This document shows, one piece after another, positions 44,544-54,383 of a stretch of 64,000 nt of DNA (its first letter is position 1; each line of letters starts with the position of its first letter). Under the pieces are notes generated by a model that was not told where the DNA came from, ran no database searches, and saw only the letters and a list, made by a program, of their open reading frames with translations. The stretch comes from a virus, in IMG/VR virus record IMGVR_UViG_3300031539_000004, positions 64,696 through 128,695 of that record. The stretch is one strand, 5' to 3'. A program made the position numbers and the translations under genes.

Positions 44544-46616
44544 ATGCCGCGATCCGAACGGCTGCGACGCCGACCCCGAACCTCGATGAGCGCCAGGGGC
44601 GGCCGCACCTTCCAGATGATGCACCCCGACCGCTCGGCGAGCGCGCACTCATCGGCGGTGGTCCGGCTGAAGGACTGGAAGGTCCCCGATACCGGGATCG
44701 GTGAGGCGTGGCAGCGGGAGGCTTACGGGTACGCCGACGTGATCGGCGAGCTCGGCTATGTGGTGAACCTCACCGCCAACACGGTCGGCGAGGGGAACGT
44801 GATCCCGTCGGAGTGGGATGAGGAAGCTCGGGCGTACAAGCCGACCGAGGACGAACGGGTCCGTCGGGTGTGGCGGGCGTTCGTGGGGCCTCGGGGCGGC
44901 CAGGCCGAGCTGCTCCGCAAGGCCGCGATCCACATGCAGACCGCCGGCGAGAGCTACCTCGTCGGCACCCCGTTGAAGACCGACCGGAGCCAGTACGGCG
45001 GCCTCGAGTGGGAGTTCCTGTCGACCGAGGAGATCCGAGTCGAGGGCCTGACCGGCAAGCGGACGATCAAGCGGAACCGGGCGGGACGCGGCACCGACGG
45101 CGGGTACGTCACCGTCGAGGCGTTCGTGACCCGCATGTGGAACAGCGACGCCCGGTACAGCGACCGGGCCTACTCGATGGTGAAGCGCAACCTGCCGATC
45201 TGCCGGGAGATCGTGGTTCTGACGCAGGTGGTCGACGCCATCGCGAAGTCTCGGCTGGCGGCCGGGATCCTGTTCGTCCCCGACGAGATGAGCTTCGGCC
45301 CCGAGGACGAGAAGGAAAACCCGGGCGACGACACCGATGACATCGATGAGTTCACGCAGGAGCTGCTCGAGCATCTGCAGGCTCCCGTCGATGACCGGAC
45401 GTCCGCGGCGTCGCTGGTCCCGCTGATCCTCCGGGGCGCGGCCGAGCTCGGCAAGGAGGTGCGGCTGATCGAGGTCGCCCGCGATCTGGACCGGCTCTAC
45501 CAGGACCTTCGCCAGGAGGCGATCGGTCGGCTTGGTGGCGGGCTCGACATCCCGCCCGAGGTCATGGCCGGCAAGTCGGGGCTGAATCACTGGACCGGGT
45601 ACAACATCGACGCCGAGTACGTCACGAAGCACGTCGTGCCGCTCGCCGGCGGGATCCTCGACTTCATCACCGAGGCGTACATGCGCCCGATGTTGAAGAC
45701 GTTCGAGGACATGACCGCCGCCGAGGCTGGCCGGTTCTCGCTCCGCTATGACCCGTCGCCGATTATGAAGCGGGCCGATTCGGGGCCGTCCGCTCGGGCC
45801 GCGTACGACCGGATCGGTGTGTTGTCGGGTGAGGCGTACCGCCGCGAGAACGGGTTCGATGAGGCCGACAAGCCTGATGACGAGGAGACCCGCCGGCGGT
45901 TGCTCGAGGAGATCCTGCTGCGCCGGCCGCTCGAGATGGCCCCGATCATCCTGCCGCTCCTGTACCCCGACGAGGATCTGTCGGGCTTCCCCGAGGTGAT
46001 CGTCCCGGTGAACGAGGTCGGCCAGGGCAGCCCCGCGCTGACCCCGGGCGGCGGCGACGCTCCGGTTGGCGATCTCGAGGACGGCCAGGACGAACCGGTC
46101 CCGATCGAGGCCGACGCCAGCGTGGGAACCGACATGCCTGCCGCCGAGCGCGAGCTGATCGACCGGCTCGCCACCGCCGCGGACGCTGCGCTGGAGCGGG
46201 CGCTCGAGAAGGCAGCGAACCGGATCCTGTCGAAGCTGAACGGGCGCGACAACGAGCCGCTCCGTGACCAGCTCAAGTCCCTCGATCGGCACGAGGTGTT
46301 CGGGTCGACGCCTTCGTCGGTGCTGACCGGCATCAGCGAAACGCCGGCCGGGCTGATGATCGGCGCGTGGGACACGTTCGCCGACAAGTCGAAGGGCTGG
46401 ATCCGGGCGTACATGATCGAGGCGGGGGTGGAGACGTACCTCGCAGACGACCAGGCCGACCTGATCACCCGTGAGCTGGTCGAGATGCTCGAGGTCCACG
46501 CGATGTCGGCGACTCGCCGCCCGTTGCGGGTGGGCGAGAACGGGCTGCGGGTTCCGAATGAGCTGGTCGAGCGGGCGATGGAAGCCTCTCGGTCTGTGCA
46601 GCTCGCGGGGGTCTGA
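44544..46616 (+). CDS. Portal protein
   Basis: WQREAY...GELGYVVN, GESYLVG, SRLAAGILFVPDE; position before head morphogenesis and protease genes. Confidence 0.8.
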   Translation: MPRSERLRRRPRTSMSARGGRTFQMMHPDRSASAHSSAVVRLKDWKVPDTGIGEAWQREAYGYADVIGELGYVVNLTANTVGEGNVIPSEWDEEARAYKPTEDERVRRVWRAFVGPRGGQAELLRKAAIHMQTAGESYLVGTPLKTDRSQYGGLEWEFLSTEEIRVEGLTGKRTIKRNRAGRGTDGGYVTVEAFVTRMWNSDARYSDRAYSMVKRNLPICREIVVLTQVVDAIAKSRLAAGILFVPDEMSFGPEDEKENPGDDTDDIDEFTQELLEHLQAPVDDRTSAASLVPLILRGAAELGKEVRLIEVARDLDRLYQDLRQEAIGRLGGGLDIPPEVMAGKSGLNHWTGYNIDAEYVTKHVVPLAGGILDFITEAYMRPMLKTFEDMTAAEAGRFSLRYDPSPIMKRADSGPSARAAYDRIGVLSGEAYRRENGFDEADKPDDEETRRRLLEEILLRRPLEMAPIILPLLYPDEDLSGFPEVIVPVNEVGQGSPALTPGGGDAPVGDLEDGQDEPVPIEADASVGTDMPAAERELIDRLATAADAALERALEKAANRILSKLNGRDNEPLRDQLKSLDRHEVFGSTPSSVLTGISETPAGLMIGAWDTFADKSKGWIRAYMIEAGVETYLADDQADLITRELVEMLEVHAMSATRRPLRVGENGLRVPNELVERAMEASRSVQLAGV

Positions 46617-47392
46617 TGTCGGCGTCGCAGGCGCAGCGCGACGAGTGGATTGCGCTGGTGACCGTGGCAGCGCTCGACGCTGTGGCGATCACCCGGACCC
46701 GGATGGCGGGGGCGTTGAATGGCGCTTCGCAGCCGTATCGGGTCGACGCGTTGTACGACCCGTCGTGGTGGCTGGTCCCGATGACGGCGATGGTGGTGCC
46801 GACGTTGCGGACCGTTGGCGCTCAGGCGGCCGCTCAGGCGGCGAGCGAGTACGGGCTGGAACAGGAACTCGAGGATGGTGAGTGGACCGGCGGGGTGTCC
46901 GAATCGATCGCCGCTCAGACCGCGATCCTGACGAACTACGGGACGAACGAGGTGACGGCTCGGGTGGCGGCGATCACCGAGCAGGCGAACAGCGAGGGGT
47001 GGGACGCGGCTCGCACGGCCGGCGTGCTCGGCTTGGCGGTCGAGTGGGACGCGAGCTCGGCGACCGCGGCGGTCTACAACGCGCCCGGCCCGGTGTCGGA
47101 CGGGATCGCCGAGAACATGGGGGAGACCGAGGCGCACACGGCATGGGAGGCAGGCGGGTTCGCGGTGGTGGCCGTGAGCCTCCTTGAGGTGAAGGTGTGG
47201 GACACGTCGTTCGTGAACAGCCGGTTCAGCCATGAGGCCGCTCATGGGCAGACGGTGGCGCTCGGCGAGGAGTTCGAGCTGGCGGCCGGGTCGTGTCAGT
47301 TCCCTGGCGATTGGTCGCTGCCGGGGTCGGAGCGGATCAACTGCCAGTGCTCGGTGATCTACCGGACGCTCGAGGCCGACGAGGTGCTTTGA
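46616..47392 (+). CDS. Head morphogenesis protein (Mu F/gp7-like)
   Basis: KVW...RFSHEAAHGQTV...FPGD...INCQC. Confidence 0.82.
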   Translation: MSASQAQRDEWIALVTVAALDAVAITRTRMAGALNGASQPYRVDALYDPSWWLVPMTAMVVPTLRTVGAQAAAQAASEYGLEQELEDGEWTGGVSESIAAQTAILTNYGTNEVTARVAAITEQANSEGWDAARTAGVLGLAVEWDASSATAAVYNAPGPVSDGIAENMGETEAHTAWEAGGFAVVAVSLLEVKVWDTSFVNSRFSHEAAHGQTVALGEEFELAAGSCQFPGDWSLPGSERINCQCSVIYRTLEADEVL

Positions 47393-47476
47393 CCGGGCGG
47401 GTAGCTGACCCGATGGTCCCCGAGGGGATACTCTCGGGTCAGACCTTGGCGACGGAACGACCGAAGAGGCCCCCGG

Positions 47477-50400
47477 ATGGCAGACCAGCTCGATCTCCTC
47501 GACCCGCTGCAGTCGCAGGAAATCCTCGACGCCGTGCGGGTTCTTGCCCGCTCCGACGCGTCGAAGATGGTCCTCGATGCGCTCACCGCTTCGTCAGCGG
47601 ATCCCTCCGACGGGATGCCCGACATCGATCCGGTCGAGGTCAACCTGCGAGAGGCCGGCGTCGGCGCGGTCGACTACTGCGGGAAGTGCCGGTTCTGGCA
47701 GCCGCCCGGCGAGCTCGCCGACAGTGAGTTCGTGACCGGGACCTGCGCGATCGTGACCGGGGACATCGACTACCAGGACGTCTGCGATCTGTACGAGGAA
47801 CGTGTGACCGCCGGCGACGGCGAGCTGCCCGAGGCGGCCGGGACGCAGATCCCGAACCCCGGCGACGGCATGGGGGAACCCGATGACGACGGCGACGGCC
47901 CCACGCCGGGGGGGGAGGTCGATGGACCGGCTCCGACGATCGAGGGGGACAACGCCTCGACGGTGGCCGAGGTGTTCGGCGACGAGTTCTGGCGCGAGTA
48001 CCAGGAAGAGGACGAGCACGGCGGGGTGATCGTGACCGTCGAGCCGACCCCCGAGCAGAAGCAGGCGCTCGAGCAGCCCGGCGGTATGCCGGCCGACCAG
48101 CTCCATTTGACGCTGGCGAAGATCGATGGTGTCGACAATGACGCTGCCGCCACGGAGGTACTCGGGGTGCTCCTCGAGCTCGCCGCCGAGTACCCGGCGT
48201 TCTCGGGTGAGGTCGCCGGCACCGGCGCTCTCGGCGAGCGCCAGTGGGGCGTCGCTCTGGTCGACGCGGAAGATCTCGGGCTGCTGCGGAGCGAGGTGAT
48301 CGAGGCGCTAGTCGACGCCGGAATCATGGTCTCCGACGACCACGACTTCATCCCACACATCACGCTCACCGAGGGTCCCATCCCGGCCGACGCTGCGATC
48401 GTGGGCCTACCATTGACGTTCGACAGTCTCGTCCTTCGGGTCGGCTCGCAGGTCATCGCAGTTGGGATGGATGGCCCGGCCCCCGCCGATGAAGTGGATG
48501 TCGAGGAGGAACCCGTGGCACCGACCATGACCGAACCCGAAGCCCCCGAAGACGCTCCGATGGAGCCTGCCCCCGCTGAGGGCGAGGCTGCCACGATGAG
48601 TATCGATGACCGCCAGGAGCGGATCCGTCGCGCGCTGCGCCAGATGAGCCTCGATGACCGCGAGATGCTCCGCAGCCAGCTCGAGGTGCCCGCCGACGAG
48701 CCGATGGTGGCCGCCGGGACCGACGCCGAGCTGGTCGAGGACTCCGGTGCCCCGCCGCCCGAGGTCGCGCCCGTCGAGGAGCCGGCCGAGGCCGACACCG
48801 ACGGCGAGGAGATCGCCGAGCTCGAGACCGAGGTGTTCGGCGCGATCGCTCCGCACGACACGCCCACCTCCGACGACGCGTGGGACGGACCCGAGAACGA
48901 CGTTCGGGTGAGCTCGCCGAACGATCCCGACTACTTCGACGCGGTCTACGCGTGGCGCGACGACGACGGGGATCTCGATGTGAAGGCCGCCTACCGGTTC
49001 ATCCACCACTTCGTGAGCGAGTCCGGCGACCCGGGAGCGGCTTCGACGGTGGCGTGCTCGACCGGCATCGGCGTTCTGAACGGCGGCCGCGGTGGGACGA
49101 CCATCCCGGGCGACGACCGGCAGGGCGTCTACGACCATCTCGCCGCGCACCTGCGCGACGCCGACATGGAGCCGCCCGAGCTCATGTCCGACGAGGAGGC
49201 CGCGCTGGTGGCGCGTGCCCACGAGTCGGGCGTCCAGATCAACCCCGCCGACCCGGATTCTGTCCGGTCGGCTCTCGAGCACACGATCTTGGCCGATGAG
49301 GCCGAGGCGGCGCTCGCAAAGGCTGAGGAGGCCGACGTGGTGGACCTGACCGACATCGAGGATTCGGCGCTGCTCACCGAGCTGGCCCGCAGGGTGCTTC
49401 TCGAGGCCGCTGACGGGGTTGCGGCCGCCGAGGCCGCCGAAGGCGACGACACGGCCGCTGAGGGCGTCGAGATGGCCGAGGACGGCGACGCTCCCGAGGT
49501 CGAGCCAGAGGTCGAGGACGTGGTGGTCGGCGAGTTCGATGACGGCGACCAGGACTACGACTGGACCGGCATCATCATCGTGGAAGGCCTCCCCTCGGGG
49601 GATGGCCGGATGGTCGCCGAGGGCGGGCTGACGTGGCGCGAGTTGCCGCTGCCGCTCATGCTGCAGACGGTGAACGCCCCGGGCCACGAAGGCTCCGAGA
49701 TCGCCGGCTCGATCCACAAGCTCGAGCGGCGCGGCCAGGACATCCTCGGGTGGGGCAAGTTCGACTCGGGCAAGGCTGGCACCGAGTACCGCCGGCTCCT
49801 CACCGAGAAGACCATGCGGGGCGTGTCGGCCGACATCGACTCCGTGAAGGTCGAGTTCCGTGACCCCGAGTCGGGCGACTCGATCGACCCGGCCGACCTG
49901 CTCTTCGGTGACCCGATGATGGAGGTCATGGAGGTGCTCACCGAGGGCCGGATCATGGGCGCGACGGGGACCCCGTTCCCGGCGTTCCAGGAGGCCCACA
50001 TCGAGCTGATCGGCGCTGCCATCGAGGACGAGGCGCTGGTCGCTTCCGCCGCGTGGATCACCGAGACGACCGGCAACGCGTTCGCCTTGGCTGGCGACGG
50101 CTACCGGGTCTACACCCCGATCGAGCAGGCACCGTGGGTGCTGCGCGGCGAGGAGCCGGTGTCGCTGGTCGCTTCGGCCGGCGAGTCGCCCGAGCTCGAG
50201 ATCCCGATGCATCCGTCGCTCGAGTGGTTCGCTCCGACGAACACGGTGGAGCCGTTCACGGTCCACGCCGATGGGCGGATCACCGGGCTGCTCGCCAAGT
50301 TCGGGACGTGCCACATCGGCCGCTCCGACCGGTGCATCCCGGTGCCCACCTCCCGCGACGGGTACAGCCACTTCCGCAACAAGAAGGTGCTGAGCGCCGA

Positions 50401-51043
50401 GGGTGAGCTGGTCGCGACCGGGCCGATCTTCATGGACACGGTCCACCCCGACCTGAAGCTGAAGGCGTCCGACACCGAGGCCCACTACCACGACACGGGC
50501 TGCGCGGTCGCCGATGTGGCGGTGTACGACACGGACCACGGCATCGAGGTCTGCGGGGCGCTCCGACCGGACGTGACCGAGGAGCAGATCCGCCGGCTGC
50601 GTGGCAGCGACATCTCGCCCGACTGGCGCAAGATGGCCGGGCGGCTCGAGATGGTCGGCCTCCTGGCGGTGAACGTCAGCGGGTTCGTGGTGCAGGGCCT
50701 CGTCGCCGCAGGAGCGCACGCCACGCCGAGGGCGGCCGGGTACTACGACACGGTGACCGGCGAGTGCGAGAGCCTCGTCGCCGCCGGCATGGTGCTGCAG
50801 GACCGGCCGGTCGAGCCGATCGACATCGACGCAACGGTCCGTGAGCTGCAGGCCGAGGTCGCCGAGCTGCGGGAGGCCATGCGGCCGATCCGTGCCGAGC
50901 GGGCCACGGCCAAGTTCACGGAGCGGGTGTTCGCCGAGCTCGCCGAGGATGTCGAGGCCGTGCAGGCCGAGGTCGCCGAGGGTGACCCCCTCGAGGACGT
51001 GACCGAGGCCCCCGCCGAGTGCGAGTGCCACAAGCTCCGCTGA
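47477..51043 (+). CDS. Multidomain prohead (capsid maturation) protease with HiPIP-like and 2H-phosphoesterase domains
   Basis: CGKC...C...C (47678-47794); HLT (48104) and HIT (48356); EGLPSGDGR...GHEGS...RGVSAD; C-terminal coiled coil. Confidence 0.75.
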   Translation: MADQLDLLDPLQSQEILDAVRVLARSDASKMVLDALTASSADPSDGMPDIDPVEVNLREAGVGAVDYCGKCRFWQPPGELADSEFVTGTCAIVTGDIDYQDVCDLYEERVTAGDGELPEAAGTQIPNPGDGMGEPDDDGDGPTPGGEVDGPAPTIEGDNASTVAEVFGDEFWREYQEEDEHGGVIVTVEPTPEQKQALEQPGGMPADQLHLTLAKIDGVDNDAAATEVLGVLLELAAEYPAFSGEVAGTGALGERQWGVALVDAEDLGLLRSEVIEALVDAGIMVSDDHDFIPHITLTEGPIPADAAIVGLPLTFDSLVLRVGSQVIAVGMDGPAPADEVDVEEEPVAPTMTEPEAPEDAPMEPAPAEGEAATMSIDDRQERIRRALRQMSLDDREMLRSQLEVPADEPMVAAGTDAELVEDSGAPPPEVAPVEEPAEADTDGEEIAELETEVFGAIAPHDTPTSDDAWDGPENDVRVSSPNDPDYFDAVYAWRDDDGDLDVKAAYRFIHHFVSESGDPGAASTVACSTGIGVLNGGRGGTTIPGDDRQGVYDHLAAHLRDADMEPPELMSDEEAALVARAHESGVQINPADPDSVRSALEHTILADEAEAALAKAEEADVVDLTDIEDSALLTELARRVLLEAADGVAAAEAAEGDDTAAEGVEMAEDGDAPEVEPEVEDVVVGEFDDGDQDYDWTGIIIVEGLPSGDGRMVAEGGLTWRELPLPLMLQTVNAPGHEGSEIAGSIHKLERRGQDILGWGKFDSGKAGTEYRRLLTEKTMRGVSADIDSVKVEFRDPESGDSIDPADLLFGDPMMEVMEVLTEGRIMGATGTPFPAFQEAHIELIGAAIEDEALVASAAWITETTGNAFALAGDGYRVYTPIEQAPWVLRGEEPVSLVASAGESPELEIPMHPSLEWFAPTNTVEPFTVHADGRITGLLAKFGTCHIGRSDRCIPVPTSRDGYSHFRNKKVLSAEGELVATGPIFMDTVHPDLKLKASDTEAHYHDTGCAVADVAVYDTDHGIEVCGALRPDVTEEQIRRLRGSDISPDWRKMAGRLEMVGLLAVNVSGFVVQGLVAAGAHATPRAAGYYDTVTGECESLVAAGMVLQDRPVEPIDIDATVRELQAEVAELREAMRPIRAERATAKFTERVFAELAEDVEAVQAEVAEGDPLEDVTEAPAECECHKLR

Positions 51044-51445
51044 TCACCCCCAGGAGATGAGCAGCCCGTTCCGGGAGGCGTAGTCGGCGAGGTCGGCGAG
51101 CCGCCCGAGGGTGTCGCCGAAGTAGCCGGCACGGATGCCGCAGTCGATGATCGTCGCCTGGCCTTCGAGCTGGTCGGCGGTCGCTGCGGTTCCTGAGTCG
51201 TCGCGGCCGACGTTCCCGAGGAGGGCGCGGCCGAGGAAGTCGGCGGCTGGCGCTTCGCCGTAGATCCCGTACTCGCCGCTGTCGAGGCCGAGACGCTCGA
51301 GGATGAGGACGGCGTTGCCGTTGGCGACGTTCACCGAGAGCGCGCACCGGTCGCAGGGGTTCTCGTAGGTGTCGCAGCCGGTGGGGCACCGGGAGTCGAT
51401 GGTCCCGTCGGGGAGGGTGGTGGCGGTTGCGAAGGTGACGCTCAT
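51044..51445 (-). CDS. Hypothetical protein
   Basis: RBS GGAGA; CPTGC/CDRC. Confidence 0.7.
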   Translation of the reverse strand: MSVTFATATTLPDGTIDSRCPTGCDTYENPCDRCALSVNVANGNAVLILERLGLDSGEYGIYGEAPAADFLGRALLGNVGRDDSGTAATADQLEGQATIIDCGIRAGYFGDTLGRLADLADYASRNGLLISWG

Positions 51446-51457
51446 GGTGTTCTCCGT

Positions 51458-51724
51458 TCAGACGAGCTGGGTCAGGGTGCCGGGGATCATTGCGCCGCGG
51501 ATGGCGCAGGTGGAGGCGAGCAGGTCGCCCATGTCGGCCTCGAGGATGCAGACCCGGCGGCCCGAGCGGGCGGTGGTGAAGCCGACGCCGAGGCGACCGT
51601 TCCGCAGGAGGGGTTCAACGTCGGGGTCGTTCTGGAGCATCATCTTCACGGTGTTGTCCGGGGTGCTGTTCCCGCGGCCGCGAATCTGGATGATCATTCG
51701 GGGGGCGTGGTCGGTGTTCATCAT
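51458..51724 (-). CDS. Hypothetical protein
   Basis: RBS GGAGA; MMN start. Confidence 0.7.
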   Translation of the reverse strand: MMNTDHAPRMIIQIRGRGNSTPDNTVKMMLQNDPDVEPLLRNGRLGVGFTTARSGRRVCILEADMGDLLASTCAIRGAMIPGTLTQLV

Positions 51725-51734
51725 GGTCTCCGTT

Positions 51735-52130
51735 TCAGGCGGCGAGGCCGAAGGCCCCGTTGTCAGGGATGTTGAGGCTGCCGTCCAGCAGGGCGATCGC
51801 TTCGGCGGCGGTGACCACCTCGGCTTCGGCGAGGGCGAGCGGGGTGGCTCGGTGCCAGATGACTTCCTCGGGGAAGATCGTGTCGGGCGCTTCGGCTGCG
51901 GTGAAGATGACTGCGACCTGCCGACCGGCTGCTCCGATCACGCCGGCCCCGCCGCCGTACTGGACCCCCTCGACGGCGATGCCGCCAGCGGCGACGGCGT
52001 AGCAGGCGTCCTCGATGGTGCGGCTGAGGCCGAGCACCTTGGTGGAGGCGATGGCCTCGGCGTCCTCGAGGGTGGTGAAGTGTACGAAGATGCCGGTGGT
52101 GATTCGGGCGATGATCTCGGCTGCGCTCAT
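51735..52130 (-). CDS. Hypothetical protein, leaderless
   Basis: CATGCT-N6-ATG. Confidence 0.7.
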   Translation of the reverse strand: MSAAEIIARITTGIFVHFTTLEDAEAIASTKVLGLSRTIEDACYAVAAGGIAVEGVQYGGGAGVIGAAGRQVAVIFTAAEAPDTIFPEEVIWHRATPLALAEAEVVTAAEAIALLDGSLNIPDNGAFGLAA

Positions 52131-52136
52131 GGGGAC

Positions 52137-52171
52137 AGCATGGCACACCTCCTGTAGTCGATGCAACTACA
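52137..52171 (-). promoter_or_regulatory. Leaderless promoter with palindrome over -35
   Basis: TTGCAT-N18-CATGCT; palindrome 52153-52171. Confidence 0.82.
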
Positions 52172-52181
52172 GGCCCGAGGG

Positions 52182-52559
52182 TTAGAAGGTGACCAGCGCC
52201 GACGCCTTCCGGGCGACCCGGTACTCGGCCCCGCAACCGGGGAACCACTGGCTGTCGATCTCCTCGCCGTCGCAGCGGACGTACCAGCCGCCGGCGGGGT
52301 GGGTGTAGACGCCGTAGGTGCTGAGGCCGCAGCCGTCGCACTGGTCGCCGGCGATGGCGTGGTCCCCGTCCTGCTTGGTCGCCTCGAGGTCGCCCTCGTA
52401 GGCCACGAAGAACCACTCGTCGGGCGCGTAGCTCGGGCGCGGGCAGAAGGCGTACACCTCGGCGGCGCACCGGTTGCACCACGGCCCCTCCTGGCCGACC
52501 GGGACCAGCCGCCCGCAGCCCTCGCCGCGGCACGGTCGGGTTCGATCGATGACGCTCAT
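52182..52559 (-). CDS. Cys-rich hypothetical protein
   Basis: Coupled start; multiple CxxC. Confidence 0.65.
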   Translation of the reverse strand: MSVIDRTRPCRGEGCGRLVPVGQEGPWCNRCAAEVYAFCPRPSYAPDEWFFVAYEGDLEATKQDGDHAIAGDQCDGCGLSTYGVYTHPAGGWYVRCDGEEIDSQWFPGCGAEYRVARKASALVTF

Positions 52560-52777
52560 GCCGCGGCCCCTTCGATGAAGAGGCGGTCGAAGAGCACGTC
52601 CTTGTCGAGGCCGGTGATGAGGCCGAGGCTGAAGCACAGCCCCTCGATCTCGGCGACGATGACGCTCCTCGACGGCTGCCCGTCGGTGACGCCAGCCATG
52701 ACGTCGTGGTCGTCGCGCAGCTCGGCGATCCGTTCACGGATGCGTCCCTCTGCGTACTCGGTCCTGATGGTTGCCAT
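52556..52777 (-). CDS. Hypothetical protein
   Basis: RBS CCAAGGAGG. Confidence 0.7.
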   Translation of the reverse strand: MATIRTEYAEGRIRERIAELRDDHDVMAGVTDGQPSRSVIVAEIEGLCFSLGLITGLDKDVLFDRLFIEGAAA

Positions 52778-52825
52778 TCGGCACCTCCTTGGTGGTGGTC
52801 CTGTTGTACCGGGACCGTGTGACAG

Positions 52826-52963
52826 TTACCCGGCGAGGTCGCTGCGCTCGGCGGCCAGCTCTTCGGCGAGCTCGGCGGCGAAGTCGTTCTCGTCGTCCCA
52901 GCTCCACTCGGGCTGGTCGTTCTCGCGGGCTTCGGTGGTGGGCAGTTCGTCGGTGTTCATCAT
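52826..52963 (-). CDS. Small acidic protein, leaderless
   Basis: TACAGT-N7-ATG within palindrome 52973-52991; strongly acidic. Confidence 0.6.
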   Translation of the reverse strand: MMNTDELPTTEARENDQPEWSWDDENDFAAELAEELAAERSDLAG

Positions 52964-52972
52964 GCGAACCAC

Positions 52973-52991
52973 TGTAGCTCTCCCGGCTACA
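52973..52991. promoter_or_regulatory. YGTAG-N9-CTACR palindrome
   Basis: tgtag ctctcccgg ctaca. Confidence 0.8.
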
Positions 52992-53017
52992 CAGATCCAC
53001 TCGGCTAGGGTGGGGGC

Positions 53018-53587
53018 GTGCTCATCGGGTTGCACGGCTACGCCGACTCAGGCAAGGACGCCACAGCGGACCTCCTCGTCGCCGGCCACGGGTTCACCAA
53101 GGCCGACGTGTTCGATGCCGGCCGAGCCATCGGCTACCTGCTGGACCCGATCATCGCCAGGGCGACAGGGCTGAACGGGTACGCCCGGTACCGCGAGGTC
53201 TGCGACACGATCGGCTACGACGAGATGAAGCGCGAGTTCCCCGAGAGCCGCGAGTTCCTGCAACGGCTCGGCGACGCGCTCCGGGCCGAGCTCGGCGAGA
53301 CCGTCCTGATCGACGTGTGGCTCGAGCGAGCCGTCCGACTCGAGCGGGCGGTGGCGACAAGCATCCGGCACCGCAACGAGGCCGAGGCCCTTCGGAACGC
53401 CGGGGGGTTCGTGGTCGTGATCGAGCGGCCAGGGGTCGGCCCGGTGAACGACCACATCACCGACCGGCGACTCCCGGCCGAGCTCATCGACGCGACCCTC
53501 GACAACGACGGTCCCCTCGATGCGCTGCCCGGCAAGGTGGCCGAGCTCATCGACCACCTCGAGGGCGACCCGGGCGTAGCCTCTTGA
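53018..53587 (+). CDS. Deoxynucleoside monophosphate kinase
   Basis: IGLHGYADSGKD, REFLQRLG, IRHRNEAE, VVVIERP. Confidence 0.85.
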   Translation: MLIGLHGYADSGKDATADLLVAGHGFTKADVFDAGRAIGYLLDPIIARATGLNGYARYREVCDTIGYDEMKREFPESREFLQRLGDALRAELGETVLIDVWLERAVRLERAVATSIRHRNEAEALRNAGGFVVVIERPGVGPVNDHITDRRLPAELIDATLDNDGPLDALPGKVAELIDHLEGDPGVAS

Positions 53588-53589
53588 GC

Positions 53590-54288
53590 ATGGAGTTCAT
53601 CCTTCGCGACGGGTCCCGAGCAGCCGACGGTCGTCTCGATCGTCTGGTGCAGTTCGATGAGCGGTCCCGTTCGTTCCCGATCCGCTCCGAGGTCGAAGGC
53701 CAGCGGCCGCGCTCGTACACATGGAGCGTCGGCGCTCATCTCGACCAGGGCCGCGAGGGAGCGTGCGTCGGGTTCGCGATGGCGCACGAGCTGATCGCCC
53801 GCCCCGCGGTCGTGGAGGGCGTCACCGCCAGCGACGCGCTCCGCATCTACAAGGCCGCACAGAAGATCGACCCGTGGCCCGGTGAGGACTACGAGGGCAC
53901 GTCGACGCTCGCCGGCGTCAAGACGATCGCCTCCGACGGCCACCTCAAGGAGTACCGGTGGGCGTTCGGCCTCGAGGATCTGATCCTCGCGGTCGGCTAC
54001 CACGGCCCCGCGCTGATCGGCGTGAATTGGTACGAGGGCATGTTCGACACCGACCGCGACGGGTTCATCCATCACTCCGGTCTGATCGCTGGCGGCCACT
54101 GCACGCTCGTCCACTCGGTCAACGTCCCCGGCGAGTTCTTCCGCATTCACAATTCGTGGGGACCCGAGTGGGGCGTGGGCGGCGACGCCAAGATCTCGTG
54201 GGTCGACATGGGCCGGCTGCTGGCCGAGGACGGCGAGGCGTGCATCCCGACGGTCCGCATTCGGCACGTTGAGGTCGGCTCGGGCTGA
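53590..54288 (+). CDS. Papain-like (C1) cysteine peptidase
   Basis: DQGREGACVGFA, GGHC, HNSWGPEWG. Confidence 0.88.
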   Translation: MEFILRDGSRAADGRLDRLVQFDERSRSFPIRSEVEGQRPRSYTWSVGAHLDQGREGACVGFAMAHELIARPAVVEGVTASDALRIYKAAQKIDPWPGEDYEGTSTLAGVKTIASDGHLKEYRWAFGLEDLILAVGYHGPALIGVNWYEGMFDTDRDGFIHHSGLIAGGHCTLVHSVNVPGEFFRIHNSWGPEWGVGGDAKISWVDMGRLLAEDGEACIPTVRIRHVEVGSG

Positions 54289-54342
54289 CCCGAGGCCCCC
54301 GCCGTTCCTGGCGTTGTGAGGCCCCCCGAAAGAATCTGCGGT

Positions 54343-54377
54343 TGTAGTTGCTTCGGCTACAGCGGGTGTGCCATGCT
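54343..54377 (+). promoter_or_regulatory. Leaderless promoter with palindrome over -35
   Basis: TTGCTT-N18-CATGCT; palindrome 54343-54361. Confidence 0.82.
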
Positions 54378-54383
54378 CTCCCC

